From Balanoglossus misakiensis (lineage: Eukaryota > Animalia > Hemichordata): a stretch of 64,000 nucleotides of DNA. Below are positions 39,254-51,892 of this stretch, in pieces. Location: contig CM082582.2 in the NCBI GenBank assembly GCA_040954595.2, positions 2,464,303-2,528,302 of the forward strand, written 5' to 3'. The position numbers and the translations under genes were made by a program. The notes beneath the pieces were generated by a model. The model saw only the letters and a program-made list of their open reading frames with translations. It searched no databases and was not told the origin of the DNA. Each line of letters begins with the position of its first letter. Positions within the stretch are counted from its first letter, which is position 1.

Positions 39254-39680
39254 TAAATGAACTAGCTGTAAAGTACAGGATTATGACAATTATACCACAC
39301 CATGCATATTATGGACACTATTGTTAAATAATTTTGGTAAAAAATAAATGGATTTAAATATCCATGTGTCAGGTGTGAGTTGCCGGTAAGCTTTATAAAA
39401 CTGGTCAATGAGCATCTTTTAGAACAACAGAAAGAGCCAATTGGTAAATAACTGAAATACAGCAAAATCTCACAGTCCAAATTGGCCAGTCAGAGTGACT
39501 TTCCTAAATTGGCCTTAATAGACAGGTGGCCTGTATATACAAGTCAATAATTGCCCATGTTAACTGCACAGGGACTGTAACAAAGTGGCCACTATATAGA
39601 GGTGGTCGGTAACTAACACAATTTCACTGTTTTATCAAAAGTGAGTAACCTTGCCCTTTTAAATCTAACTCAATACTTGC

Positions 39681-39791
39681 CTGATATACTTTCTCATTGT
39701 CAAAATGATATTCCACAAAGGCTCTTGCAATATTGGTGCCTGCACCCCGCCCAGCCTTCCTTCCTGCCTCTTGACAAGGAGTCACTACGTT
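39681..39791 (-). CDS. Ankyrin-cap/linker exon with a GC splice donor
   Basis: ttttcag|AAC GTA GTG ACT CCT ... TAT CAG|gcaagt. The 111-bp exon is phase 0 and joins the last array exon to the ROC exon in frame. Confidence 0.6.
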
Positions 39792-40514
39792 CTGAAAATG
39801 GATCACAAATTTTCATAGATGAATACATGCATCAGATGATTGAGGCACGCACACCTATAAGTCAAATTTTAGGTCCTCCCAAACACTGAGATAATTTGCT
39901 CTTGAGTTCATAAAAATGCAACTTTGAGCTACATATTTTACACAATTTTCTTATGTGGGAGGGGGACACCCCCTCGCACACCCCTCCCCCTCCATTCTTC
40001 GCCACATATAATTTATTCGCTGGTTTGTCTAGTGTACCACGGCAGACTTCTACCCACCCTACCCCCGATGTTTACTTTGAGTGGAGTGGCAAAATTAAAA
40101 TTTGTCCTGCCTAACATTGAGTTAATTTGCTTTAGAGTTCATTCGAATGCAACCTTGAGCACCGTATTTTACAAAATTTTCTTAAATTTTCTATTGTATT
40201 GACTTGTCATTTTATTTTGTTCATATATTTTTTATTGCAACGATATACTATTATATATACTTCAATTACTTTAAGAAATTTATAATTGAGGTGTGAGGAG
40301 CCTCATTACCTTTATTGCATACAGTGTACATAGGATCAGCACGGCGAATGTTTTCAGCGGGGGGGGGGGGGGGGGGGTCATCATATTTTGGGTCTGTCAA
40401 AGGGGGGGTCATCATTTTTTGGTCCAGGGTGAAGGGGGGGGGTCGGCCTGATTTTGAAAATCGATGACCAAAACTTGCCCCCCCCCAGCCGTAAAAACAG
40501 TCCCTAACGTGTAT

Positions 40515-43500
40515 TTCAATACTTTCAGAATTAACCTGCAGAAGTCAGGTTGGTATTTACCTTGTTTTGTATGGTCACATCAGCTTTGTGTTCCAATAAC
40601 AATCTGACATGGCCTTCATCACCATCCCTTGCTGCATAATGCAAAGGAGTGTCTCCATCCTGTAAGTAATAAAGGAGGAGCATGATAATAATGTCACAAA
40701 AATTGAAATATAATGTGAAATTTCCTTAAACAAAAAAAAAAAAAATATATTTCAATACTTTCAGAATCAACCTGCAGAAGTCAGGTTGGTATTTACCTTG
40801 TTATGTATGTTAGCATCAGCTTTGTGTTCCAATAACAATCTGACAAGGCCTTCACCACCATCCCTCCTTGCTGCATCATGCGAAGGAGTGTCTCCATCCT
40901 GTAAGTAATGAAGGAGGAGCATGAGAATAATGTCACAAAAATTGAAATCTAATGTGAAATTTCCTTAAACAAACAAACAAACAAATAAATGAATAAATAA
41001 ATCCGCATTGATAGAATAAACCTGCTGAAGTCAGGTTGGTATTTACCTTGTTTTGTATGTTAGCATCAGCTTTGTGTTCCAATAACAATCTGACAAGGCC
41101 TTCACCACCATCCCTCCTTGCTGCATCATGCGAAGGAGTGTCTCCATCCTGTAAGTAATGAAGGAGGAGCATGAGAATAATGTCACAAAAATTGAAATCT
41201 AATGTGAAATTTCCTTAAACAAACAAACAAACAAACAAATAAATGAATAAATATATCCACAGTGATAGAATAAACCTGCTGAAGTCAGGTTGGTATTTAC
41301 CTTGTTTTGTATGTTAGCATCAGCTTTGTGTTCCAATAACAATCTGACAAGGCATTCACCACCAACCCTCCTTGTTGCATAATGCAAAGGAGTGTCTCCA
41401 TCCTGTAAGTAATGAAGGAGGAGCATGAGAATAATGTCACAAAAATTGAAATATTATGTGAAATTTCCATAAACAAACAAACAAACAAATAAATGAATAA
41501 ATATATCCGCATTGATAGAATAAACCTGCAGAAGTCAGGTTGGTATTTACCTTGTTTTGTATTGTCACATCAGCTTTGTGTTCCAATAACAATCTGACAA
41601 GGCCTTCACCACCAACCCTCCTTGCTGCATAATGCAAAGGAGTGTCTCCATCCTGTAAGTAATAAACGAGGAGCATGAGAATAATGTCACAAAAATTGAA
41701 ATATAATGTGAAATTTCCTTAAACAAAAAAAAAAACAAAAAAATATTTCAATACTTTCAGAATTAACCTGCAGAAGTCAGGTTGGTATTTACCTTGTTTT
41801 GTATGTTAGCATCAGCTTTGTGTTCCAATAACAATCTGACAAGGCCTTCACCACCATCCCTCCTTGCTGCATCATGCGAAGGAGTGTCTCCATCCTGTAA
41901 GTAATGAAGGAGGAGCATGAGAATAATGTCACAAAAATTGAAATCTAATGTGAAATTTCCTTAAACAAACAAACAAACAAATAAATGAATAAATATATCC
42001 GCATTGATAGAATAAACCTGCTGAAGTCAGGTTGGTATTTACCTTGTTTTGTATGTTAGCATCAGCTTTGTGTTCCAATAACAATCTGACAAGGCCTTCA
42101 CCACCATCCCTCCTTGCTGCATCATGCGAAGGAGTGTCTCCATCCTGTAAGTAATGAAGGAGGAGCATGAGAATAATGTCACAAAAGTTGAAATCTAATG
42201 TGAAATTTCCTTAAACAAACAAACATACAAATAAATGAATAAATATATCCGCATTGATAGAATAAACCTGCTGAAGTCAGGTTGGTATTTACCTTGTTTT
42301 GTATGTAAACATCAGCTTTGTGTTCCAATAACAATCTGACATCGCCTTCATCACCATCCCTTGCTGCATAATGCAAAGGAGTGTCTTCATCCTGTAAATA
42401 ATAAAGGAGGAGCATGAGAATAATGTCATAAATATTGAAATATAATGTGAAATTTCCTTAAACAAAAAAAAAACAACAAAATATTTCAATACTTTCAGAA
42501 TTAACCTGCAGAAGTCAGGTTGGTATTTACCTTGTTTTGTATGTTAGGATCAGCTTTGTGTTCCAATAACAATCTGACAAGGCCTTCACCACCATCCCTC
42601 CTTGCTGCATCATGCGAAGGAGTGTCTCCATCCTGTAAGTAATGAAGGAGGAGCATGAGAATAATGTCACAAAAATTGAAATCTAATGTGAAATTTCCTT
42701 AAACAAACAAACATACAAATAAATGAATAAATATATCCGCATTGATAGAATAAACCTGCTGAAGTCAGGTTGGTATTTACCTTGTTTTGTATGTAAACAT
42801 CAGCTTTGTGTTCCAATAACAATCTGACATCGCCTTCATCACCATCCCTTGCTGCATAATGCAAAGGAGTGTCTTCATCCTGTAAATAATAAAGGAGGAG
42901 CATGAGAATAATGTCATAAATATTGAAATATAATGTGAAATTTCCTTAAACAAAAAAAAACAACAAAATATTTCAATACTTTCAGAATTAACCTGCAGAA
43001 GTCAGGTTGGTATTTACCTTGTTTTGTATGTTAGGATCAGCTTTGTGTTCCAATAACAATCTGACAAGGCCTTCACCACCATCCCTCCTTGCTGCATCAT
43101 GCGAAGGAGTGTCTCCATCCTGTAAGTAATGAAGGAGGAGCATGAGAATAATGTCACAAAAATTGAAATCTAATGTGAAATTTCCTTAAACAAACAAACA
43201 AACAAATAAATGAATAAATATATCCGCAGTGATAGAATAAACCTGCTGAAGTCAGGTTGGTATTTACCTTGTTTTGTATGTTAGCATCAGCTTTGTGTTC
43301 CAATAACAATCTGACAAGGCATTCACCACCAACCCTCCTTGCTGCATAATGCAAAGGAGTGTCTCCATCCTGTAAGTAATGAAGGAGGAGCATGAGAATA
43401 ATGTCACAAAAATTGAAATATTATGTGAAATTTCCATAAACAAACAAACAAACAAATAAATGAATAAATATATCCGCATTGATAGAATAAACCTGCAGAA

Positions 43501-46500
43501 GTCAGGTTGGTATTTACCTTGTTTTGTATGGTCACATCAGCTTTGTGTTCCAATAACAATCTGACATGGCCTTCATCACCATCCCTTACTGCATAATGCA
43601 AAGGAGTGTCTCCATCCTGTAAGTAATGAAGGAGGAGCATGAGAATAATGTCACAAAAATTGAAATATAATGTGAAATTTCCTTAAACAAAAAAAAAACA
43701 AAAAAATATTTCAATACTTTCAGAATTAACCTATAGAAGTCAGGTTGGTATTTACCTTGTTTTGTATGTTAGTATCAGCTTTGTGTTCCAATAACAATCT
43801 GACACGGCCTTCATCACGAAACCTTGCTGCATAATGCAAAAGGGTGTCTCCATCCTGTAAGTAATGAAGGAGGAGCATGAGAATAATGTCACAAAAATTG
43901 AAATCTAATGTGAAATTTCCTTAAACAAACAAACAAATAAATGAATAAATATATCCGCATTGATAGAATTAACCTGCAGAAGTCAGGTTGGTCTTTACCT
44001 TGTTTTGTATGTTAGCATCAGCTTTGTGTTCCAATAACAATCTGACAAGGCCTTTGCCAACCCTCCTTGCTGCATAATGCAAAGGAGTGTCTCCATCCTG
44101 TAAGTAATGAAGGAGGAGCATGAGAATAATGTCACAAAAATTGAAATATTATGTGAAATTTCCATAAACAAACAAACAAACAAATAAATGAATAAATATA
44201 TCTGCATTGATAGAATAAACCTGCAGAAGTCAGGTTGGTATTTACCTTGTTTTGTATGGTCACATCAGCTTTGTGTTCCAATAACAATCTGACATGGCCT
44301 TCATCACCATCCCTTACTGCATAATGCAAAGGAGTGTCTCCATCCTGTAAGTAATAAAGGAGGAGCATGAGAATAATGTCACAAAAATTGAAATATAATG
44401 TGAAATTTCCTTAAACAAAAAAAAACAAAAAAATATTTCAATACTTTCAGAATTAACCTAAAGAAGTCAGGTTGGTATTTACCTTGTTTTGTATGTTAGC
44501 ATCAGCTTTGTGTTCCAATAACAATCTGACACGGCCTTCATCACGAAACCTTGCTGCATAATGCAAAAGGGTGTATCCATCCTGTAAGTAATGAAGGAGG
44601 AGCATGAGAATAATGTCACAAAAATTGAAATCTAATGTGAAATTTCCTTAAACAAACAAACAAATAAATGAATAAATATATCCGCATTGATAGAATTAAC
44701 CTGCAGAAGTCAGGTTGGTCTTTACCTTGTTTTGTATGTTAGCATCAGCTTTGTGTTCCAATAACAATCTGACAAGGCCTTTGCCAACCCTCCTTGCTGC
44801 ATAATGCAAAGGAGTGTCTCCATCCTGTAAGTAATGAAGGAGGAGCATGAGAATAATGTCACAAAAATTGAAATATAATGTGAAATTTCCGTAAACGAAC
44901 AAACAAACAAATAAATGAATAAATATATCCGCACTGATAGAATAAACCTGCAGCAGTCAGGTTGGTATTTACCTTGTTTTGTATGTAAACATCAGCTTTG
45001 TGTTCCAATAACAATCTGACATGGCCTTCATCACCATCCCTTGCTGCATAATGCAAAGGAGTGTCTCCATCCTGTAAGTAATAAAGGAGGAGCATGAGAA
45101 TAATGTCACAAAAATTGAAATATAATGTGAAATTTCCTTAAACAAAAAAAAAACAAAAAAATATTTCAATACTTTCAGAATTAACCTGCAGAAGTCAGGT
45201 TGGTATTTACCTTGTTTTGTATGTTAGCATCAGCTTTGTGTTCCAATAATAATCTGACAAGGCCTTCACCACCATCCCTCCTTGCTGCATCATGCGAAGG
45301 AGTGTCTCCATCCTGTAAGTAATGAAGGAGGAGCATGAGAATAATGTCACAAAAATTGAAATCTAATGTGAAATTTCCTTAAACAAACAAACAAACAAAT
45401 AAATGAATAAATATATCCGCAGTGATAGAATAAACCTGCTGAAGTCAGGTTGGTATTTACCTTGTTTTGTATGTTAGCATCAGCTTTGTGTTCCAATAAC
45501 AATCTGACAAGGCATTCACCACCAACCCTCGTTGCTGCATAATGCAAAGGAGTGTCTCCATCCTGTAAGTAATGAAGGAGGAGCATGAGAATAATGTCAC
45601 AAAAATTGAAATATTATGTGAAATTTCCATAAACAAACAAACAAACAAATAAATGAATAAATATATCCGCATTGATAGAATAAACCTGCAGAAGTCAGGT
45701 TGGTATTTACCTTGTTTTGTATGGTCACATCAGCTTTGTGTTCCAATAACAATCTGACATGGCCTTCATCACCATCCCTTACTGCATAATGCAAAGGAGT
45801 GTCTCCATCCTGTAAGTAATGAAGGAGGAGCATGAGAATAATGTCACAAAAATTGAAATATAATGTGAAATTTCCTTAAACAAAAAAAAACAAAAAAATA
45901 TTTCAATACTTTCAGAATTAACCTATAGAAGTCAGGTTGGTATTTACCTTGTTTTGTATGGTCACATCAGCTTTGTGTTCCAATAACAATCTGACACGGC
46001 CTTCATCACGAAACCTTGCTGCATAATGCAAAAGGGTGTCTCCATCCTTTAAGTAATGAAGGAGGAGCATGAGAATAATGTCACAAAAATTGAAATCTAA
46101 TGTGAAATTTCCTTAAACAAACAAACAAACAAATAAATGAATAAATATATCCGCATTGATAGAATTAACCTGCAGAAGTCAAGTTGGTATTTACCTCGTT
46201 TTGTATGGTCACATCAGCTTTGTGTTCCAATAACAATCTGACAAGGCCTTCACCACCATCCCTCCTTGCTGCATCATGCAAAGGAGTGTCTCCATCCTGT
46301 AAGTAATGAAGGAGGAGCATGAGAATAATGTTACAAAAATTGAAATCTAATGTGAAATTTCTTTAAACAAACAAACAAACAAACAAACAAACAAACAAAC
46401 AAATAAATGAATAAATATATCCGCATCAATAGAATAAACCTGCAGAAGTCAGGTTGGTATTTACCTTGTTTCGTATGTTAGCATCAGCTTTGTGTTCCAA

Positions 46501-47430
46501 TAACAATCTGACAAGGGCTTCACCATCATCCCTCCTTGCTGCATCATGCAAAGGGGTGTCTCCATCCTGTAAGTAATGAAGGAGGAGCATGAGAATAATG
46601 TCACAAAAATTGAAATCTAATGTGAAATTTTCTTAAACAAACAAACAAACAAATAAATGAATAAATATATCCGCATTGATAGAATAAACCTGCAGAAGTC
46701 AGGTTGGTATTTACCTTGTTTTGTATGGTCACATCAGCTTTGTGTTCCAATAACAATCTGACAAGGCCTTCACCACCATCCCTCCTTGCTGCATAATGCA
46801 AAGGGGTGTCTCCTGTCTGTAAGTAATGAAGGAGGAGCATGAGAATAATGTCACAAAATTGAAATGTAATGTGAAATTTCCTTAACCAAACAAACAAACA
46901 AACAAACAAATAGACAAACACACAATAAAACGAATAAATATATCCGCATTGATAGAATTAACCTGCAGAAGTCAAGTTGGTATTTACCTCGTTTTGTATG
47001 GTCACATCAGCTTTGTGTTCCAATAACAATCTGACAAGGCATTCACCACCATCCCTCCTTGCTGCATAATGCAAAGGGGTGTCTCCTGTCTGTAAGTAAT
47101 GAAGGAGGAGCATGAGAATAATGTCACAAAATTGAAATGTAATGTGAAATTTCCTTAAACAAACAAACAAACTAACAAACAAACAAACAAATAGACAAAG
47201 ACACAAACAAATGAATAAATATATCCGCATTTATAGAATTAACCTGCAGACGTCATGTTGGTATTTACCTTGTTTGGTATGGTCACATCAGCTTTGTGTT
47301 CCAATAACAATCTGACAAGGCCTTCACCACGACACCCTCTTACTGCATAATGCAAAGGGGTGTCTCCATTCTGTAAGTAATGAAGGAGGAGCATGATGAG
47401 AATGTCAAGAAAAATTAAATGTAACATGAG
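40515..47430 (-). repeat. Tandem array of 28 ~237-281-bp units, each one 99- or 102-bp phase-0 ankyrin exon plus its intron
   Basis: Exon left (plus-strand) coordinates: 40561, 40797, 41047, 41301, 41551, 41793, 42043, 42293, 42531, 42781, 43018, 43268, 43518, 43756, 43999, 44246, 44483, 44726, 44973, 45211, 45461, 45711, 45948, 46195, 46465, 46715, 46988, 47269. Consensus ttacag|DGDTPLHYAAR(R)DG.EG.VRLLLEHKAD..IQNK|gtaaa. Confidence 0.95.
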
Positions 47431-50139
47431 GTTATTTTGTTAAAATGAACGATCGAACAAACACACAAACGACAAATAATCGCAAACTCCCTTGTGGATA
47501 ATATTAACCAACAGTAAATGTCATTTGAACAGAAACAGTATCGACTCTACACACAAGATGTGTAATTCAGTTTTATACATGCATTTTAACGAGCTTAAAG
47601 AATTCTGACAAAATATCTGCCAGTTGATACAGAAAGAAAAGTTACTATAAATAATTCACAAACAAACTCAAATTTGACAACTTGCAAAACAGATAACATT
47701 ACGGATAACCAATACACCAATTTTAAACTGAACTTTATTTATGATTTTCTATCAAAAAACTGACAGTGATGTGATGTTAGTGAACATTTCCTGAATGGGA
47801 CCAATTTATTTTTGCAACCTGCACAATATAGAAGAAGATTTAGCAAACAACTACAGTGACATTTAGTAGAATTGTCAGAAGAATTTTGAATAATCACATC
47901 TCATCTCCAATATGATGACAAATTTGAGATATGTGGAGATTTATGTGGAAACAGATCAAACATCTGAGCTAACCAAACTATGTTTATTTCCTGTAGGAGG
48001 GCATCAGACTGTTCTCAGCACAAAGTAGCCAAGCTGTGCAGACTGAACGATGTCGATCAAAGGGGAAATAACAGAGAAATTGTATGTGACAAGGGATAAA
48101 TCAATCATCATTAAAATAAATTTCTACTGAGTGGTCCAACAATATCAAGTAGAGTTGTGCAATGGTGTCACTCGTTATTTGTAGAAATAGTGTTTAAATA
48201 AAAACAACTTGAATTTCACCAAAAAAAAAAAAACATCTGAAGAAAGTTAACACTGATTCCCTTTCTCCATCGCACTGCATCAAAAAGTCTAATAACCAAA
48301 GAAAGACTTCAGTGGACACTGTGGCCAATGGGAATGTGTGGCAAACAAAATTAAATGCAATGAATGCAGTCATTCTTTTCATGTAATATAAAGAACAAAC
48401 AAAATTATCAAAACTCTTCATAAGAGATAACATTGGAAGCCACAGTAGCACTAACTTTCAAGGACATTTGTGTAACCATTCCAGCCGTGCCCCACACTAA
48501 AACAGAACAGATTGGACCAGTCACACTTCCCTTAATCCTATTGTTCCCAATGTTTATCTCATCAATATATCTATTGCATGCTTTTAGCACCTTCTCTCAG
48601 GTTCTGGAACCTGGTTGGTTAAAACTTGCTGTTCTGGCCATCTTGATCACCCCCTTTGAAATGATTGGGTAAGTGACAGACAGTGATGAGAAGCTGAGGA
48701 GTGGAGCCGCACAGACCTCATGTTTTATAAGCTTGAGCTATTTCCAAGAGAAAGAGCAATCCAAATGCTGCCGCTGTGTTGCTCAGAATGATGAAAAAAA
48801 TCATCCGACTGAACAATTTAATGTTAAATGTATTATATTTTATAAAGTTTATAAAAGGTAAATTGGGTTGGCACTGTGCTATTCGGCCTGAAGTACAAGC
48901 TAAAACTGGCCGACTCCTCTCGGCACCGTCAACAAGCACCCCTGCCCCCAGCAAGTCCCCAACTTGACATGTGTGATGTGACCATGGCTGCGCATCCGTC
49001 CTTCGGTCCTAAAAGTTGCCAAACAAACCCTTTTTTAAAACGGCCCCAATCAGAGCCGCAATGAAAACAAGTTCTTCTGGTAAAGTCTTACTCAAAATGT
49101 TGCTATGACTATAATTCTGACACAAAACTGAGCATGAGTGTGGACTGATTGCATAAACATATTTTGAAAGTACTTCCTGTAAAAAAGGGAGGAGGCTCCA
49201 CAAACCAGACTATTTTTGTTTATGTACATGATGTACTTGTGCGAGGGTTGTCAACTTGATAGCCATTCTCAAGATTTACAATCATTATAAGAGTGTACGT
49301 ATACAAGAAAAGTAAATTCCTGAATATTAAAGGGACAAAGTCTCTCTCTCTCTCGCTTCCCTTTTTCCATTAATTATGTTTGATACAAGACACTGTTTAT
49401 GTTATTCTACATGTGTATGTAGTGAATTAACGTTCGACCACACACAAATATGCAAAGGAGAATTTATTAATAAGCCATACCCACCAAAATCTTATCAGAT
49501 CTAGAACTTATCATAACAATGCTACATACAAAATTTCATATCATTGGATTCAATTTCTCTCAAGATATGAGTGGAACAAAATCTGTCTACAGAAGGACAG
49601 ACAGAAATCGCTGTGCCAATAATGAGATTATTATTTAAACCACAAAAGATTGACGATAAACAATGCAATAAACAACAACATCCTTATGTTCAACAAGACA
49701 GTTTTTGGCAGATGCTGGAGACAATCCCCTTTTCTCATAACTCCAAATTGCTCACAGTGGAGATCAAATGTCTCAGATATAGGAGAGACAATCACATCAC
49801 CATAATGAATCAATACTTGCCTGTGTCTGGACAACACCTGGCCGAGAGGAAGTAGTTTTGATTCAAAGGACAGTGACAAATTATATGGCACCTCCTTATG
49901 ATGAATTGTATTAGGTACCAGACAGGAGTTGGCAGATGCTGGAGTCCGACAGACAATCACCCTATCTGATACGTTCAGTGATAGGATTGGCATGGACTGT
50001 CATCAGTCTATCTGTACAACACCTGACCAATGGAGGGAGTAGTTTTGATTCAAAGGGCAATGGACAAATATATACATTGTATCCCAGACACAATTTACTA
50101 AGAAAACTACAGAGGAAATGGCACTATTGAGAAAGCTCA

Positions 50140-50660
50140 TACTTTTAGAATTTACCTGCAGAAGTCAGGTTGGTATTTACCTTGTTTTGTATGGTTACAT
50201 CAGCTTTGTGTTCCAATAACAATCTGACACGGCCTTCACCAACATCCCTCCTTGCTGCAGAGTGCAAAGGGGTGTCTCCCCACTGTAAGTAATGAAGGAG
50301 GAGCATGAGAACAATGTCACAAAAATTAAACGTAATGTGTAATTTTCCTTAAACAAAAAACATACAAACAAACAAACAAACAAAAAATGAATGAATAAAT
50401 CATTCCATACTGATAGATTAACCTGCAGAAGTCAAGTTGGTATTTACCTGGGTTTGTATGGTAACATCAGCTTTGTGTTCCAATAACAATCTGACACAGC
50501 CTTCACCACCAAACCCTGCTGCATCATTCAAAGGGGTGACTCCATCCTGTAAGTAATGAAGGAGAAGCATGGGAACAATGTCACAAAAATTGAAATGTAA
50601 TATGAGGTTTCTTTAAACAAACAAACAAACAAACAAACAAACCTACAAATAAATAAACAA
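50140..50660 (-). CDS. Two detached, more diverged units of the same ankyrin exon-intron family (exons 50181-50282 and 50448-50546)
   Basis: WGDTPLHSAARRDVGEGRVRLLLEHKADVTIQNK and DGVTPLNDAAGFGGEGCVRLLLEHKADVTIQTQ, with the same intronic flanks as the array. Confidence 0.88.
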
Positions 50661-51363
50661 ATATCAAAAGTATCAGCCATATTGCAAAAAACAAGCAAGA
50701 ATGGCATACTGACTGATTTGAAAGGATAATGCACAGTCCTTCTACACACAAAATGAAAATTGCCGACTGTTAAAATGAATACAGATCAAAGAATGACGGT
50801 GAAGAATCTCAATTGATTCTAACAGCGAGGAAAACGCTTTGACTGGTCATATAGTTTTTAACATTGGATGTTTTAGACTCCATAGCTTAACTAAGGATGG
50901 AGGGGATGTGGAAGATTTTAAAAAAGATTGCCAGCAAAATTTCAGAGATGGCTTGAAAAAATTTGTTAACTTTGGTGAAACACAAAAAAATGCATCAAAA
51001 TTTACTTTCTGGAACATATTTATTCATTCGGAACAAATGTGTCAAATACACTATGGTTCAACATCTTTGGCTAAATTGTAAAGATTGTTAAATTTAGAGT
51101 GCAATGTGTCCCACTGTCCTTCCTATGGCTGGATCCCAAGGGTATCATGGTTAGTAAAACTAAATCAGTATGGGTAATACTTTTTGGCCTTTCCCTCTTC
51201 TTGTTCAGGGTTAGCTTGTTTCTTCCCATTGAATTTGGATCATGCAAAGTAATTTTGGATGAAAATAAGAGTGTTGTAATTAGGTCTTTTTCAAAGGCAT
51301 TTTTTTATTATCCAATTGTGTGGCCACATTATCCATAATAAAGTGATAAGTCAGTTCACGTAC

Positions 51364-51462
51364 CTCATCCTTCGCATTGACATCTGCACCATGGCTAATC
51401 AACATCCTGACAGCATCCAATTTACCTTTGAAGGACGCTGCATGCAATGCTGTGGAATCATT
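51364..51462 (-). CDS. Unique ankyrin exon
   Basis: ttccag|NDSTALHAASFKGKLDAVRMLISHGADVNAKDE|gtacgt; 99 bp, phase 0. Confidence 0.88.
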
Positions 51463-51722
51463 CTGGAATAAAGACGTTTAATGTTGGAATAAAAATGACA
51501 TCACAAATCTGATACTTGCAATGTGAGTCAACTGCTTGATCTTTTGATGAGGAAACTCTAGGAATTTCATCACAATGAGCTTCAGTCACTATTGTAATAA
51601 TGGTTTTGATTACGATGGTGTGTTATTTCAGTAATAGACTGATATTGATTTGAATCTGAAAGATCATAATAATAGTATTTTCTAAGGTTGAGTGACAATT
51701 CTCTATGACCAAAACACATGTA

Positions 51723-51892
51723 CAGTAAAACCCGTCTAATCCAAAGGGACAGAAGAAATTGTTCAGTTTACAGACGTTTCTGGTTTGTAAAGGTTCTTTT
51801 AACACGTGGTTCTATGTCAAGGGGACAGGAAAATGTGTTCATTATAGACAGTTTTCCAGATACGGCATGTTCCATTTCGACAGGTATTACTG
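51723..51892. mobile_element. pogo/Tigger-type MITE
   Basis: TA-cagtaaaacccgtc ... gacaggtattactg-TA. Confidence 0.65.

Noticed and set aside
40933-47427. Many 70-80 aa ORFs read as separate small ankyrin genes with hydrophobic tails
   Set aside because: The MLLLHYLQ leader and VNTNLTSAG... tail are intron read-through; AG/GT sites delimit exactly one ankyrin repeat per unit.
49700-50070. Two diverged ~200-bp direct copies (ggcagatgctggag...gtagttttgattcaaagg)
   Set aside because: Old intronic duplication with no open frame, termini or recognisable motif.
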